From positions 79,112,001-79,176,000 of the forward strand of contig CM075980.1 of assembly GCA_038087875.1 (NCBI GenBank): a stretch of 64,000 bases of DNA. Reading direction: 5' to 3'. Under the pieces are notes generated by a model that worked only from the letters and a program-made list of their open reading frames with translations, had not been told where the DNA came from and did not search any database. The DNA comes from Malacoraja senta (taxonomy: Eukaryota). Positions 14,091 through 26,400 of this stretch are shown in pieces (within the stretch, counting starts at the first letter, position 1; every line of letters begins with the position of its first letter). The position numbers were made by a program, and so were the translations under genes.

Positions 14091-15613
14091 TCAGGATAAA
14101 TTCATTGAGTGATCATGAAAACCCATATAAATGACTTTAACACAGATTGTATTTGAAATCATTTTGCCGGCAGGTTGCTTTTATTATAATGTTTCCTTTG
14201 GAAAAATCAATTTGTGGGACAGTTCAGCTTATTAACAATGCTACTTGCATTTGTGTAATGCATTAGCTTTTGCCACATTGTCTCTTACAAAGTTACCTGC
14301 TGGTCGTAGGGTGTTAATTCAACAAGCTGATAGATGTCTGTCCAGAACAAATGTGCACAATTGGTTTAAACCTCAGTATATGGACAACCTGCATTTTGGA
14401 CTGTGATAAATAAATAAAGAAACCAGGGTGCAATTTTAGATTATATCATCCCTGATAATCAGTCACACAGTGTATTGAGTTCTGGAACAACAAATCCAAT
14501 TACACATACATAACAAAATGTAGCATTACTGTATACCAAATGAGATGCCATCATTCAGTTGCAATAACTATTTTATAGCCAGAATACATCACATTCCCTA
14601 CTTCTAGTTGCAAGGTGTTTTTTAAATTCTGCCAGGAAATGTCTTCACTAAATCAAAATGTGTACTAGGAGTCCAGCAATTTGGCTTTGCTAAAAATAGG
14701 CAGATTCACAAGATGCAGTAGTACGTCAACAAAGTACTGAGTTTAATTATTTGAAGTTGTACTTGGAAAGGTGGCAAAAAAAACTTTAAAATGGTGCTGC
14801 TGTAACCGTTGAAAGGAATTGTCAACTGAATGCAGTAAGCAACATAATTGTCAACTTCACAGAATTGCAGCATTGTGAATGTTAAATATGCAAAACCTTT
14901 GAGTGCACATAGTAAGTTGCCCATTTTTTACTTTCAAGAGGATGTCATGTTGAATATAGAAATAGCAATTTAATATGTGTTTATTGGTCACCTTTCAAGA
15001 TTCACTTAGCTTTGCAATATCCCATTAAATGATGACTGGGCCTTGTAATACCAAGCTGGAATAGAATCATTCAAATATTCTTGAAAAATAGGAAGTTTGG
15101 AGAGCAGGGGATTAATGGAAGGGTATAGGAAATTAAAGATATCAAATGCGGTAGACAATATTGAATGTTTCAATATTGGTGGATGTAGGGTTTAGGTCGT
15201 GGTGATTATTCTGTGCGTACTTTAATTGTGAATTATTGTGCAATTAAGTGTTAATGGACCGATCACTAACCTTCACCAGAGACATAAATTTGTTTTGGAG
15301 ATTAAGCAGATCTTAATGTACATAACTCGTGGCAACATTTGAAAAGAGTATTACGTAACAGCTTGCTTCTAAGATGCCATAGTAGAAGGAATAAAGAAGT
15401 TCGTAAAGTATTTTTGAAGAAAGTGGGGAACTTGAAATTGGCGTAATTTGGGAACGTGATTGCTGAAAAAAGATGTCAGTGGAAAATGTTTCACTTATCG
15501 AAAGCACTTTCTGAATTCTTAAAACATATGCTATTGATCAAAAGGTTATCAGTTACATTTCTGCAGGTCTTCACTGTGATAATGTAGTATAATTTCATAA
15601 ATATGATAGATTA

Positions 15614-15795
15614 GGTGCCACAATGACATAGAGTTAGTGGTGCTGTTACACAGCTCCAGTGTACCAGTTTCAATCCTGACCTCAGGAGCTGACTGTAGAG
15701 AGTTTGCACATTCTCCTTGTCACCGCATGGTTTGCTCTGACAGCTCTGCTTTCCTCCCACATCACAAAGGCATTCTAATTGGTAGGTTGGTTGGG
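15614..15795 (+). mobile_element. Old V-SINE 5' part, interrupted by a younger SINE; probable 3' remainder ~16190-16305
   Basis: Diverged head and gagtttgcacattctcc...ttcctcccacatc domain. Confidence 0.6.
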
Positions 15796-15810
15796 AACCA
15801 TACATTTTAC

Positions 15811-16120
15811 TTTAGTTTAGTTTGGAGATACAGCACAGAAACAGGCCCTTCAGCGAACTGAGTCCGCGCCGACCAGCGATCCCCGCACACTAACACTACC
15901 CCACACACACTCGGGGCAATTTACAATGATACCAAGTCAATTAACCTACAAACCTGTACTCCTTTGGAGTGTGGGAGGAAACTGGAGAAGCCGGAGAAAA
16001 TCCACGCAGCTCACGGTGAGAAAGTACAAACTCCGTACAGAGAGCATCCGTAGTTACGATCGAACCCAGGTCTCTGGCGCTGCCAGGCAACAACTCTACT
16101 GCTGTACCACCATGCCGCCC
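15811..16120 (-). mobile_element. V-SINE (HE1-like), full length
   Basis: B box GGTTCGATC, central domain, (CTAAA)n tail. Confidence 0.9.
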
Positions 16121-16616
16121 AGAGTTTATCTCCAGACTTGGTGGGTGGCAGGGAAATAGTGAGGGTGGGGGTGGAGGGGATGGAGTTGATGGACATGTGA
16201 GAGGGTATAGGTTACTGGAAAACAATTTGGAAAATTGGAATGTGGGATTGCTCTGTGAGAGGGCATAGGCTTGATTGCCAGATGGGCCTCTTCCCTGTCA
16301 TAAGATAAGACATGAGATTTTATTGTGAATTAATCATATCTGCTGATATTTTACTTATAGCGTGAGTTGCTTATAGTTCACTTTTTCTCCCTATACGAGC
16401 ATCTAAATTGTTGAAGAATGAAAGATATTTGAAAATAATGACATGTACACTACTACCTCTGAATGAGGAAATATTGACTGCTGCTTCTGGAAGTTCAGAA
16501 ATACTTGTATCCTTTGTTCTCTTAATACTTGCGGCGATTTTCAAATTCATTATTTTTAAGAATCACTTACAATTATTATTTTTTTAAAGTTATCTCGTTT
16601 TGCTTATTGTATTTTA

Positions 16617-16757
16617 TATGAATGAATAAATGAATGAATAAGTTTGTTGGCCAAGTATTCACATACAAGGAATTTGCTTTGGTGCCCCGCCCACAAGTGA
16701 CAACATGACATACAGGGACAGTTAGGAATGACACATAAAACATAAAAGACACAATAA
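16617..16757 (-). mobile_element. LINE-type 3' tail with (ATTC)n end
   Basis: atgaatgaataaatgaatgaataagtttgttggccaagtattcacatacaaggaatttg; a similar tail class occurs at 21820-21965. Confidence 0.5.
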
Positions 16758-17777
16758 TGGAAAGATTTGCAACATCTTATCCCATTGCACACACAGAGAG
16801 GAGATTCTTACATCGTCAACTGTGACAATTTAAGATCCTATCTGAATTTTTCATCTTCACTAAATATATCAAAGTTTGAAAGATCTGCTTAACTGTACAA
16901 AGTAACATATTCATAAAGGCCTGATTGTAAACCTGTTTGGAAGTCATTTCTGGTACAAAGTAGGTATTCAAATGCAATTTTACGTGTTTAAGTTTTAAAA
17001 ATCCACATTGCTAACACATGATTTTTGTTAAGGACTATTCAATATCATTTTTGAAATCTTTCTGCCCTGTTTCATGCATTTGTGATGTAACGGTGCACAA
17101 TAGAAGTAATTACTGTATCACATATATGCTGTTTCTTTTGCAAGGTGAATTGTCACTGTCAGCAGGGACCAATTCTGGGTCTTCTGAGAACAGTTCTCAT
17201 GGAAGCCATTGAAACATATTGGACATTACATTGCAGCATTGTCTAATTTATACATGCTATGTCCATTAAGTTCTGTGGATAGCAAATTAGCAGTATTAGT
17301 AGGTTATAGTTGAAGTCTTCAAATTGGCCATTCTACCATGTATTATAGTAATTATTTATTTCAAACATAACATTAGCCAGTGAATCAGAGGTGTGGTCGA
17401 CAGCATCCCATGCCACAGCAAAGTAAATTTACTAAGAAAAGTGAAACCATTTGAAGAAAAGAGTAAATAGAAATTATAAGAATTTGTAATAAAAGCAAGT
17501 CGTGTGCTTAATTGTTCCAAAACGTAACAATGAAATTCTTACTTGCAACAGCACAACAGGTTTGTAAACACATTACCCAATAGATTATCAAAAAAGTTCA
17601 AGAAATAAAAATCCCCAATATAGTGCAAAAATAAAACAAAAGCCCAAAGTCCCTAGTGCAATGAAGACAATTTGTACTTTCAGTAATTGCAGAGTTCCTT
17701 TTGCAAAAAACACAGTGAGTTGAGAATAGTTGCAGTCAAAGACAATCTCAGAAACATGTTCATCCATCTTGATTTTA

Positions 17778-17872
17778 AGTCTGGAGAAGGATTCAGACCC
17801 GAAACGTCATCTCCATTTCCCTCCACATATACTGAGTTGCTGAGTCTGCTGAGTTCCACCAGTACTTTGTCT
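17778..17872 (+). mobile_element. Older Penelope-like terminal fragment
   Basis: CTGGAGA-aggattcagaccc-GAAACGTC plus a diverged tail. Confidence 0.6.
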
Positions 17873-18629
17873 TTTGCATTGCGCAAGAACGGATAGTTGC
17901 TTTAAAAATAAATAATCTTCCAAAGCTGCCGTTCAAGGGTTGGATGCTGGGGCCTCTCCCATCAAGGTTGCCTGTTTATTCCCCAGGCATGCTGATAGTC
18001 TTATGTCACTAATACAAACCAGTCACATTCCAAGTGTGATCCAGTATTGAACATTCACAGCTTTTGCTGCTAAGACATGCATATTGATTTGTGTACCCTC
18101 GGCCAAACAGAAACAATAGCATATTTAAGTTCTCTGCAGGGGCGATGAACAAGTACAATTTGTTCTGGCTGCCTAATCCTTAGCTAACATCACAGTTTTG
18201 GTGTCATTTATTGTTAGAAGATGCTGGGGCATGAAGATTTTTGAACAACTTCAGATTATTCCTTTCATCATCAGACTGGAAGAAGACTTGAAAACAGATT
18301 TTTTTGAAAGGAATGGTAGTCTATCAGAATTCAAGCCTAATTAGTAAGCTGCTGAAATTTTGATTTTAATTTAAATACAAATCCTATCTTGGCCTGGTTG
18401 TATTGAAATAAATCCTGTTATTGAAGGCTTGCTGATATACTTTAGAGAACTTTCAAATACAGTATCAGAAACAAACACAATTATACAAAAATGTGCCACA
18501 GCAAAATCTCCTCATGGTATGCCTACATTGAAGAAGTTCCCTCTGATGGGAGTTCTACAACGACCTTTCTCACTGTTCCCCCTCTGCAATTCCTACTGCT
18601 CTCCGACTCAACGACCACATTTCAATCCT

Positions 18630-18999
18630 GTAGACAAAAATGCTGGAGAAACTCAGCGGGTGAGGCAGCATCTATGGAGCGAAGGAATAGGCAATGTTTC
18701 GGGTCGAGACCCTTCTTCAGATTGATGTTGGGGGGGGAGGGGGGAAAAAGAAAGGAAGAGGCGGAGACATTGTATACATTTATACATTGTATGCATTTCA
18801 ATCCAGACTCGCTACCACAGCCTTTATTTATTTTTTCTATCGCTGACCTTTTCTCACCACCAGTTACTCTTCCCCCAACCTTCCCCACCTCTATCTTTCA
18901 TTCCGAATAAGGGTTCCGGCCATAATTGTCACCATTTCCTTTTCTCCAGAGACCCTGGCAGATCCGCTGAGTTACTCCAGCATTTCGTGTCAATCTTCA
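18630..18999. mobile_element. Inverted pair of Penelope-like termini
   Basis: Minus-strand arm 18630-18770 with core at 18693-18720; diverged plus-strand arm ~18840-18999. The arms differ enough that they may be two insertions. Confidence 0.65.
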
Positions 19000-19094
19000 T
19001 AATTATGGCATAGTTGTACCAACTGTACCTTTTCTACTTGCTCAGTATACATGAAAACATCTAGCTCCTTGGATCCCACATGATCTAACCTTCC

Positions 19095-19312
19095 AGCAGA
19101 GCTACCAAATGCCATGCTTAAACCCATTTAGACAACTTCTACAGTTTATAGTTCTTCAAAAAGCTAATCAGATTTGTAAGACACGATCTCCCATGCACAA
19201 AAACCATGCTGACTATCCCTAATGAGCCCCTCCTTGTCTATCCAAATGCATATGTATGATATCCTCTCCAGTAACTTGCCTACGACAAATGTTAGGCTCA
19301 CTGGTGTATAGG
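19095..19312 (-). mobile_element. CR1 LINE internal RT fragment
   Basis: Minus strand resembles PVSLT.VVGKLLE...LIRDSQHGF. Confidence 0.65.
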
Positions 19313-19814
19313 CTTTCTCTTACTTCGAACAACATTAGGCACTTTATGGATTTTATTAATTCTATATGGGTTTTTTTTTTGCCATTCTAAATGGCCATGG
19401 TGCAAAGATTGCCTGTATTCAATGATGCAAATTACTTACTCATTATGTCATTTTTTTTTAATATCCTGGGTATGGTTATGAAATAATACAATTCAAGGCT
19501 TTCTTAAGTTAAATTTATACATTGAGGTATAAATGTTCAATAGAAAACATGAACACAGTGAAGATAGTGATTTTTTTTTGCTCTTTGTTACTTTATTTCT
19601 ATTCTTTAGTTCCCATTTTAGTCATTTACCAATCTCTGTGTAAAAAAAAAAATCAATTGCTGGAGTAGGCAATTTTTTCTCACATCTCTGGAAATGTTGC
19701 TTTTGAACTATATAAGCTATATGAAACCTATTGTACCCTGTGTTTCGCGTAGTAAAAGTTAAGGAACTGTTTCCTGCCTCCTTGCTAATTATGTCTCATT
19801 TTGAAACATCCCAT

Positions 19815-20003
19815 TTTAGTTTAGTTTAGAGATACAGCGCAGAAACAGGCCCTTCAGCCCACCGAGACCACGCCGGCCAGCGATCCCCGCATATAAACAC
19901 TATCCTACACACACACACACACACACACACAGTGAGAGGGCAACGCTGGATGCTGTGAGCGCTATAAGGCAATAACTCTACCAATGTGCCACCGTGCCAC
20001 CCT
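19815..20003 (-). mobile_element. V-SINE with internal deletion and (CA)n expansion
   Basis: Tail and head are present; the central domain is replaced by a (CA)n run. Confidence 0.8.
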
Positions 20004-20746
20004 TACTTTGAAACTTTGTATAAGGATACCAAAGTGAAGAGCACGTGTTTCAATACTTAGTCGATTCATACATTACACCATCAGGACCGACATTTAAACA
20101 TGTGTATATTTTCATCGTCTTTTCCCACTTCTTCAGTAATCCCAACAACTACCCTGTAAGATCAATTCCAGTGAACATTTCAGGGCAAGGCTTTGGTACT
20201 ACTCTTATATCTGATCAGTATGGAAAGGCTCAACGTGCTATTCGGACTGTTTAAACCATTATAAGAAGCACAAATTTATGTTGTCCAAGTGAATTATTTA
20301 CCAGCTGAACTGATCTTTGAGACAACTTTTAAGTTGAATGTCGCTGTTCAGAATCCAAAGATCCACTGCATGACGCATTTCTGAAGAAATGGAAAGAAAT
20401 TTGCCTTGGAGTACATGTAATATTGTGCCAATACAGATAAACAGCGGTATCCAACGTGTCTCAAGAATCAACGTGAGTTTTTAAGTTAAAATAAATATCC
20501 AATTACATAATTCTTCTATTTGTTCTGCCGAAGGCAGTGAATCTTGCTCAGATGTGTTTCAGGGGCATGGGCAACCATTCAAAGCTTCGTCCATGAGCAT
20601 AAGTAATGGGTACATGATTTTATTCACATCTTTACAGTTGTATTCTGGTTGAAATCAGCTATGACTTGGGATGTGGTCCAAGCTAATTTAATCTCCTTTC
20701 CTCCTCTCCAAAGCCCAGCGTCACTGAAACCATTTGTAAATAAATT

Positions 20747-21280
20747 GTGTCGGAAGGAACTGCAGATGCTGGTTTACACCAAAGATCGACACTAAAAAAA
20801 TGGACAACAAAAAGCCCAGGAATTAGTAGGTTAGCCTATGATGAACGTTTGTCAACACTGGGCCTGCACTCGCTGGAGTTTAGAAGAATGAGGGGAGACC
20901 TCATTGAAACATACAGAATAGTGAAAGGTGTGGATAGAGTGGATGTGGAGAGGATGTTTCCACTTTTGGGAGAAACTAGGACTAGAGGTTACGGCCTCAG
21001 AATTAAAGGATGTTCTTTTAGGAAGGAGACGAGGAGGAATTTCTTTAGTCAGGGTGGTGAACCTGTGGAATTCTTTGCCACTGAAGGCTGTGGAGGCCAA
21101 GTCAGAGGATATTTTTAAGGCAGAGATAAATATATTCTTGATTAGTACAGGTGTCAGAGGTTATGGGGAGAAGGCAAGAGAATGGGGTTAGGAGGGAGAG
21201 ATAGATCAGCCATGATTGAATGGCAGAGTAGACTTGATGGGCCAAACGGCCTAATTCTACTCTTATCACTTTTGACATGA
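20747..21280 (+). mobile_element. CR1 LINE 3' end (20815-21280) preceded by a Penelope-like terminus stub (20747-20800)
   Basis: YDERLSTLGLHSLEFRRMRGDLIETY..GVDRVDVERMFPL..TRG..RRNFFS is the CR1 ORF2 C-terminus. Confidence 0.9.
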
Positions 21281-23389
21281 TGTCAGACAAATAAATTATT
21301 TGCGGTTTGCCCATTTGACTTGGTATATATCACCAATCAAATAACTCGGCATGTTTTGGGGATATTTATATTATTCTGAATTAAACTGCGTTATAATAGA
21401 GATTTTTATGCAACTTCTTACATTGTATTCAACGATTTGCAGTTTGGAAAGAATTAGGACAATACAAGCAACAGATTGGTATTCCCAGCCAGAGTGGGGA
21501 ATATTGAGTAATTTTCCTATCAATAAAGTCTGGTGACTTAACTGGTGTAGGATTTAGCAGTTGATTTAATATTCATTATTTCTCTGTAACAGTTCACCAC
21601 TTACCTAATTTTTCTGGAAAAAAGTACCCTGCTTTGATTCCGAAGAGTTATTGGAAATTCAGTCATAAGGTCTGTTTCCTTTGCACTTTAAGCCCACTCT
21701 GTTTTCTTTGTGAATGGACTTTGTTTACTGGGCACAAGATGGCTGCAATCTTGTTCCCCACCCTGCTGCCTTCAGCTGAAGGCTGCTGCAGTGTTTCTTA
21801 TCTGTTAAGTTAGGCATGAGTTAGTTCGTTAGTTTAATTTATTGTTATGTGTAACGAGGCACAGTGAAAAGTTTTTCTTGTTGTGTGCTATCCAGTCAGC
21901 GGAAAGACTATACAAAATTGCAATCAAGCCGTCCACAGTGTACAGGTACTGGATAAAGGGAATAACAGATGAGGTTTAAAAGAGTGCAGCAATTGTAATG
22001 AATGATTGCAGATACACTTCTGGGAGCAGCATGCATAGAGTCGCCTGGCTTGGGTGTTATCCTATGATATTGGTTAAGATTGGTTCACAAATGGATAACA
22101 ATTACCTATTTAAGTTAGTGTAATAACCCTAGAAATTCTTGTGCAACCCAATGAGTGTGATAGATGTAGGAGGATGCCATGGGTGTATCATCTATGAATT
22201 GGTGGACTTTAAACAGAACATTTAGTGCTAAGAGCAGAATTAGGCCATTCGGCCCATCAAGTCTACTCTGCCATGCAATTATGGCTGATCTATGGGTCAA
22301 CAGAATGGGTTTCATGCTCATTTTTTGGTAACAAAGAGATGCAGCCCAGGAATTAGTCCAGAGGCTTAAAGGCACAATGGTTCAGAATATCATCCAGTCA
22401 GATACCTAATTTGCCCCTATGAAGTACTCAGGGTTAGGGCAGGAATGTTTGAATTGAATCAAGCTTTGGCCTTGATCTCATTTGGAAGGCTGGGATAGTG
22501 GGAGTTTGGGAAATATAGAATCAAGGCCAAGGGTTTGGATGGGCAGCCCAGGCTAACTTCCAGAGATTGACCAAGAATTGGGTGGGAGTGCCCTGAATTT
22601 GGGTCAAAGATTGGGAATGGAAAAGAGATAAACTGCGATGGTTATGGTCGGGGATCAAAAATGCCATTTGGATTGCAAAATCCAAGAGAGACCAGCCAGA
22701 TTGCTGACTTTCTGAGATTGGGAGGGTCAGGAATAGTTGGGTATGCAGGGGAGTGTTGGAAGTTCCAGAGTATGAGCTTGGGCCTCGAATGGTGACGTTG
22801 GGTGGGGTGGTCATTCCAGAGACAACTTAGTTCAAGTTACCCTGCTATACTTCCAAAGGAATTATATCATCACAAACACCTGAAAATGTGATTTTTCAAT
22901 TACATAATGAATGAATTGTTATAGGATTAAATTTCCAGGTCACAAGCTCTGCTTTTGGTCTGATCCCCCTCAGCACATTATCAGTTTCAGAAGTCATTCC
23001 AGGTTTATTGATTTATAAAAAAAACATTTGCTGCACTTTAATGCTTCAGGTTTTTTTTGTTTAAACCTTACATTGGGCAATGCCATACAACTTCCCAACA
23101 TGTAAAACGGAGAATAACCTTTCTTGAGCAGTTTCCTAAAAACTACAATACATAAACATCCAGTTTAATTTAGGTGAAGCAAAAAAAGATGTGTTTCTAA
23201 TATCAAAGATAGTCAATTACATTTTACCTAAGAAAAATGCAGGCTGTTTCTAAAAGTACATTTACTACTTCTTAATCTGTCTCATAATTTGTATGCATAT
23301 GTATATATATGTGTGTGTATATATATATATAATATACATGACTGACATTGCAAGCATATTTCTAATACAATTGGGCATTCACAATCAGC

Positions 23390-23423
<34 letters not shown>

Positions 23424-26400
23424 TCTCCAATATTAGTATATTTTCAGACCATTATTGTATGAGCTTCATGACCATATGTGCACAGATAATGGCTCTGTTA
23501 GTCTGTCCCTACAATATGACAATTCATTGAAGATGGAGGAGGTTCGTCAGATGTAACTGTCAGCTTGAAATTCATTTAGAGTTCACACTGTACTGCTTCT
23601 GAATCGTTGTTGGCATGAAACCTACCTATGAATGGGGTGACTTTGAAACCAAGAATTTGAAGAATTTTTTACTCCACATCAAAAATAAACTTTTGTGGAT
23701 ATGAAGTTAGTTCTGTCAGATTGACAGTGTAAATAGGATATAGGAGAACAAGCTTTGAAGGTGTTTCGGTGCCCTTTCTCCAGCATGTCACCAAAAGACT
23801 GCAATCATTCAAGCACTACCTACTGCGTGTTATTAGAATACAGAGCTCTGTGTCAGTATGCAGCAGATGTGGCAGTCAGATGTGACCCAGCAGCAATCTG
23901 AAATGCAGGGCTTCTCTTTCAACGTGTAGTCTAAATACATGTGGAAATATATTAACGGAGTGAATATATTTTGCTGACTTTCACTTACTCTGTAATGTGA
24001 TTTTGTTTTGAATTGGAAAAGGCAGCAGAAAGTATTCTTTCTACGCTTAAATTTAACCCTCCAGAATCTGTTACTTATTGTGAACTTGAGGGATTCATAT
24101 CTTGATAATGGTATGATACATTGTGGTTCAGCTGCGTGTCTGTGTGTGTGCTCGATACAAAGGATGTCATAGATACCAACAATGGCCTTTGACTTAATGC
24201 TCTCGTGAATGTGGGCCGAATGAAACCCACTTCAAAATAGATATTGGTTTTAAAAAAGGATGTGAAGTTATGGTGGTCTGAAAGGCGTGCGTGTTGTTCA
24301 CAAATGAGTGACCTGGTTAGAATGAAATCACTGCCATCACGTCACTGTGAATCCATTGTCTTGTTATATTGCTGCTTATGTTCCAACCTCCAAAAGGCTA
24401 CTTGGAAGACACAATAGAAATAATGAAACTGATTGCGTTTTAGTGTTTTACAGGCACAATAGTAGGTGGATGTGTAACAGTGAGTAAATGATGCAGTTTA
24501 TTTCTCCACATTACCATTCATTCCAGCCTGTTGCAGGAATGGTGCCAGATTTAAATAAGTGGTACCCAGATGGTATTCTTACGCCTCTGACTTTTCGCAG
24601 AATCTGTGAGGGAATAACTATGCTGCCACAACTGCTACGACACATTGTAGGTCAATTGAGGGGAATGCCTGTTGCTTCTGCATTTTGCATATGTAAATCT
24701 GTTCTGTTTTGTCATTTCAATAAATACAAGAAGCTGCTTTTTCTGGGGACTGCAAATGAATTTGGAATGTAGCCCAGTTAATGAGGAGTTAGTGAAGGTG
24801 TTGTGGTTTATGAAATACAGCCACAGCTTGCTTACTCGGTGCAAACACATTGCTTCCTGGATGCTCTCATTTTCTGTCCCCATGCATGCACGCTGCTCAA
24901 GTTGTATTGAGGAAGTCACTTTGATAGGCTGCTTCTTAAGTGGCAGAGACCAGGGTGGGTTAACCATAGAAGTGTGTGCAAAGAAAATCGTTATACGTGG
25001 GGTAGAGTGAAAAACAACATTTTGTCCAGGCTGTCTGTGTGCCTGCCACACTTCTGCACTCCTGGTCTCATCAGCTGCAGATGTGGCTCACAGCCGTCTC
25101 AGTGAAGTTGTGAACTATGTCGTCTGTGGAGTTTAACAACCAACATCTGCTGCAACAGTCTGATGGAAACTGCAATGTGGAAATGATTTTTAAGGAAGGG
25201 GAATGAGGTCTTAGATCAAGTAGTCCAGCGTGCTTTGTCATTCCCCACATTTAACAGATTTGTCCAGGAACCTATTGCATCATGCTCTGTTATTACTGAA
25301 TACAAGTTTTCGCTTTGAACGTCTAATAAAGCACATAAAACTTGCATTCCATTTTGAGTAGAATTCTCAATATGTTACATTTTATCTGAGTGTTCTGATG
25401 TCACAATTCTGAAGGTTGCTCTGATTAGAAAAACACTTAACGCAGATTTTCTTTTGCTGGATGTCCTTTCCTTTTAAACTTGTTCATATTTCAGATTTTT
25501 CCACTTGTGACCATATAACCTGTAATGTCTACGCTATGGATTCGAACAATCTTTTCCTTGTATTACTGTATTTCAGCCCATTTTTCAAATAGCAGTATTT
25601 CTAGTTTGCCATTATATTAATAACACACCAGTAAACTTCAGAGGACATTCAGAGTCTCTGAAGATTCAACATCTCAAAGTGTTTTTTGGTGTGTGAATGA
25701 TGTGCATGTTTTTTGCTGATAAATTACAGGAACCATTTTTTATGTTTGCAGATTATGAAAGTGGAAATTTTGAAACATAAAAGATATGTTGTAGAATTCA
25801 GTATCAAAATGAAAGAAAAAACGAATAACAGTTGTATTGACTGATCCATTAAATGTTTCTCAGTATCTGCTAAGCTCATTCTTTCTAACAGTTTAATGTT
25901 TAAGCTATTATACCAATGCAAGAAATGCATTGTGATTTTAAGTAAGATTTGAGTGTCAGGGAAATTACAGGCTTGCTTTTACTGTACGTGTTGGATTGAA
26001 AACAATGGAGGAGATAAGATGTTTAATTTTAGTAACACATTAGAACCGTGTCTGATGGTGCATGGTATACTTTGTTCAATGTTATCACGCAGGTGATAAA
26101 GGGCCCCACTATTTTACTGTTCAACCTAAAAAATGCAAAAATTAAATGACTTGATTATTTTTTAGTGCAACGTACCACTGGAATGCAAATAATGTTTGGA
26201 TAGACCGTAAAAGGAATATTATTACTTGAAGTAAAATTATGTTGCTCAACTTCCTGTATTCTCTTTGAATACTTTTCCTTTTGTACAGTGAATAAACATC
26301 AGCACTTGAATTTTCTGTGGTTTGTTTCATTTTGGCTCTGCACTACTTTTTTTATTTCTGCATATTCCTCTTGCAAACTGGATAAGATTACCATGATTTA

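Noticed and set aside
24488-25051. Cluster of 94-138 aa ORFs in repeat-free DNA
   Set aside because: No domain similarity that I recognise and no convincing splice signals; more likely non-coding.
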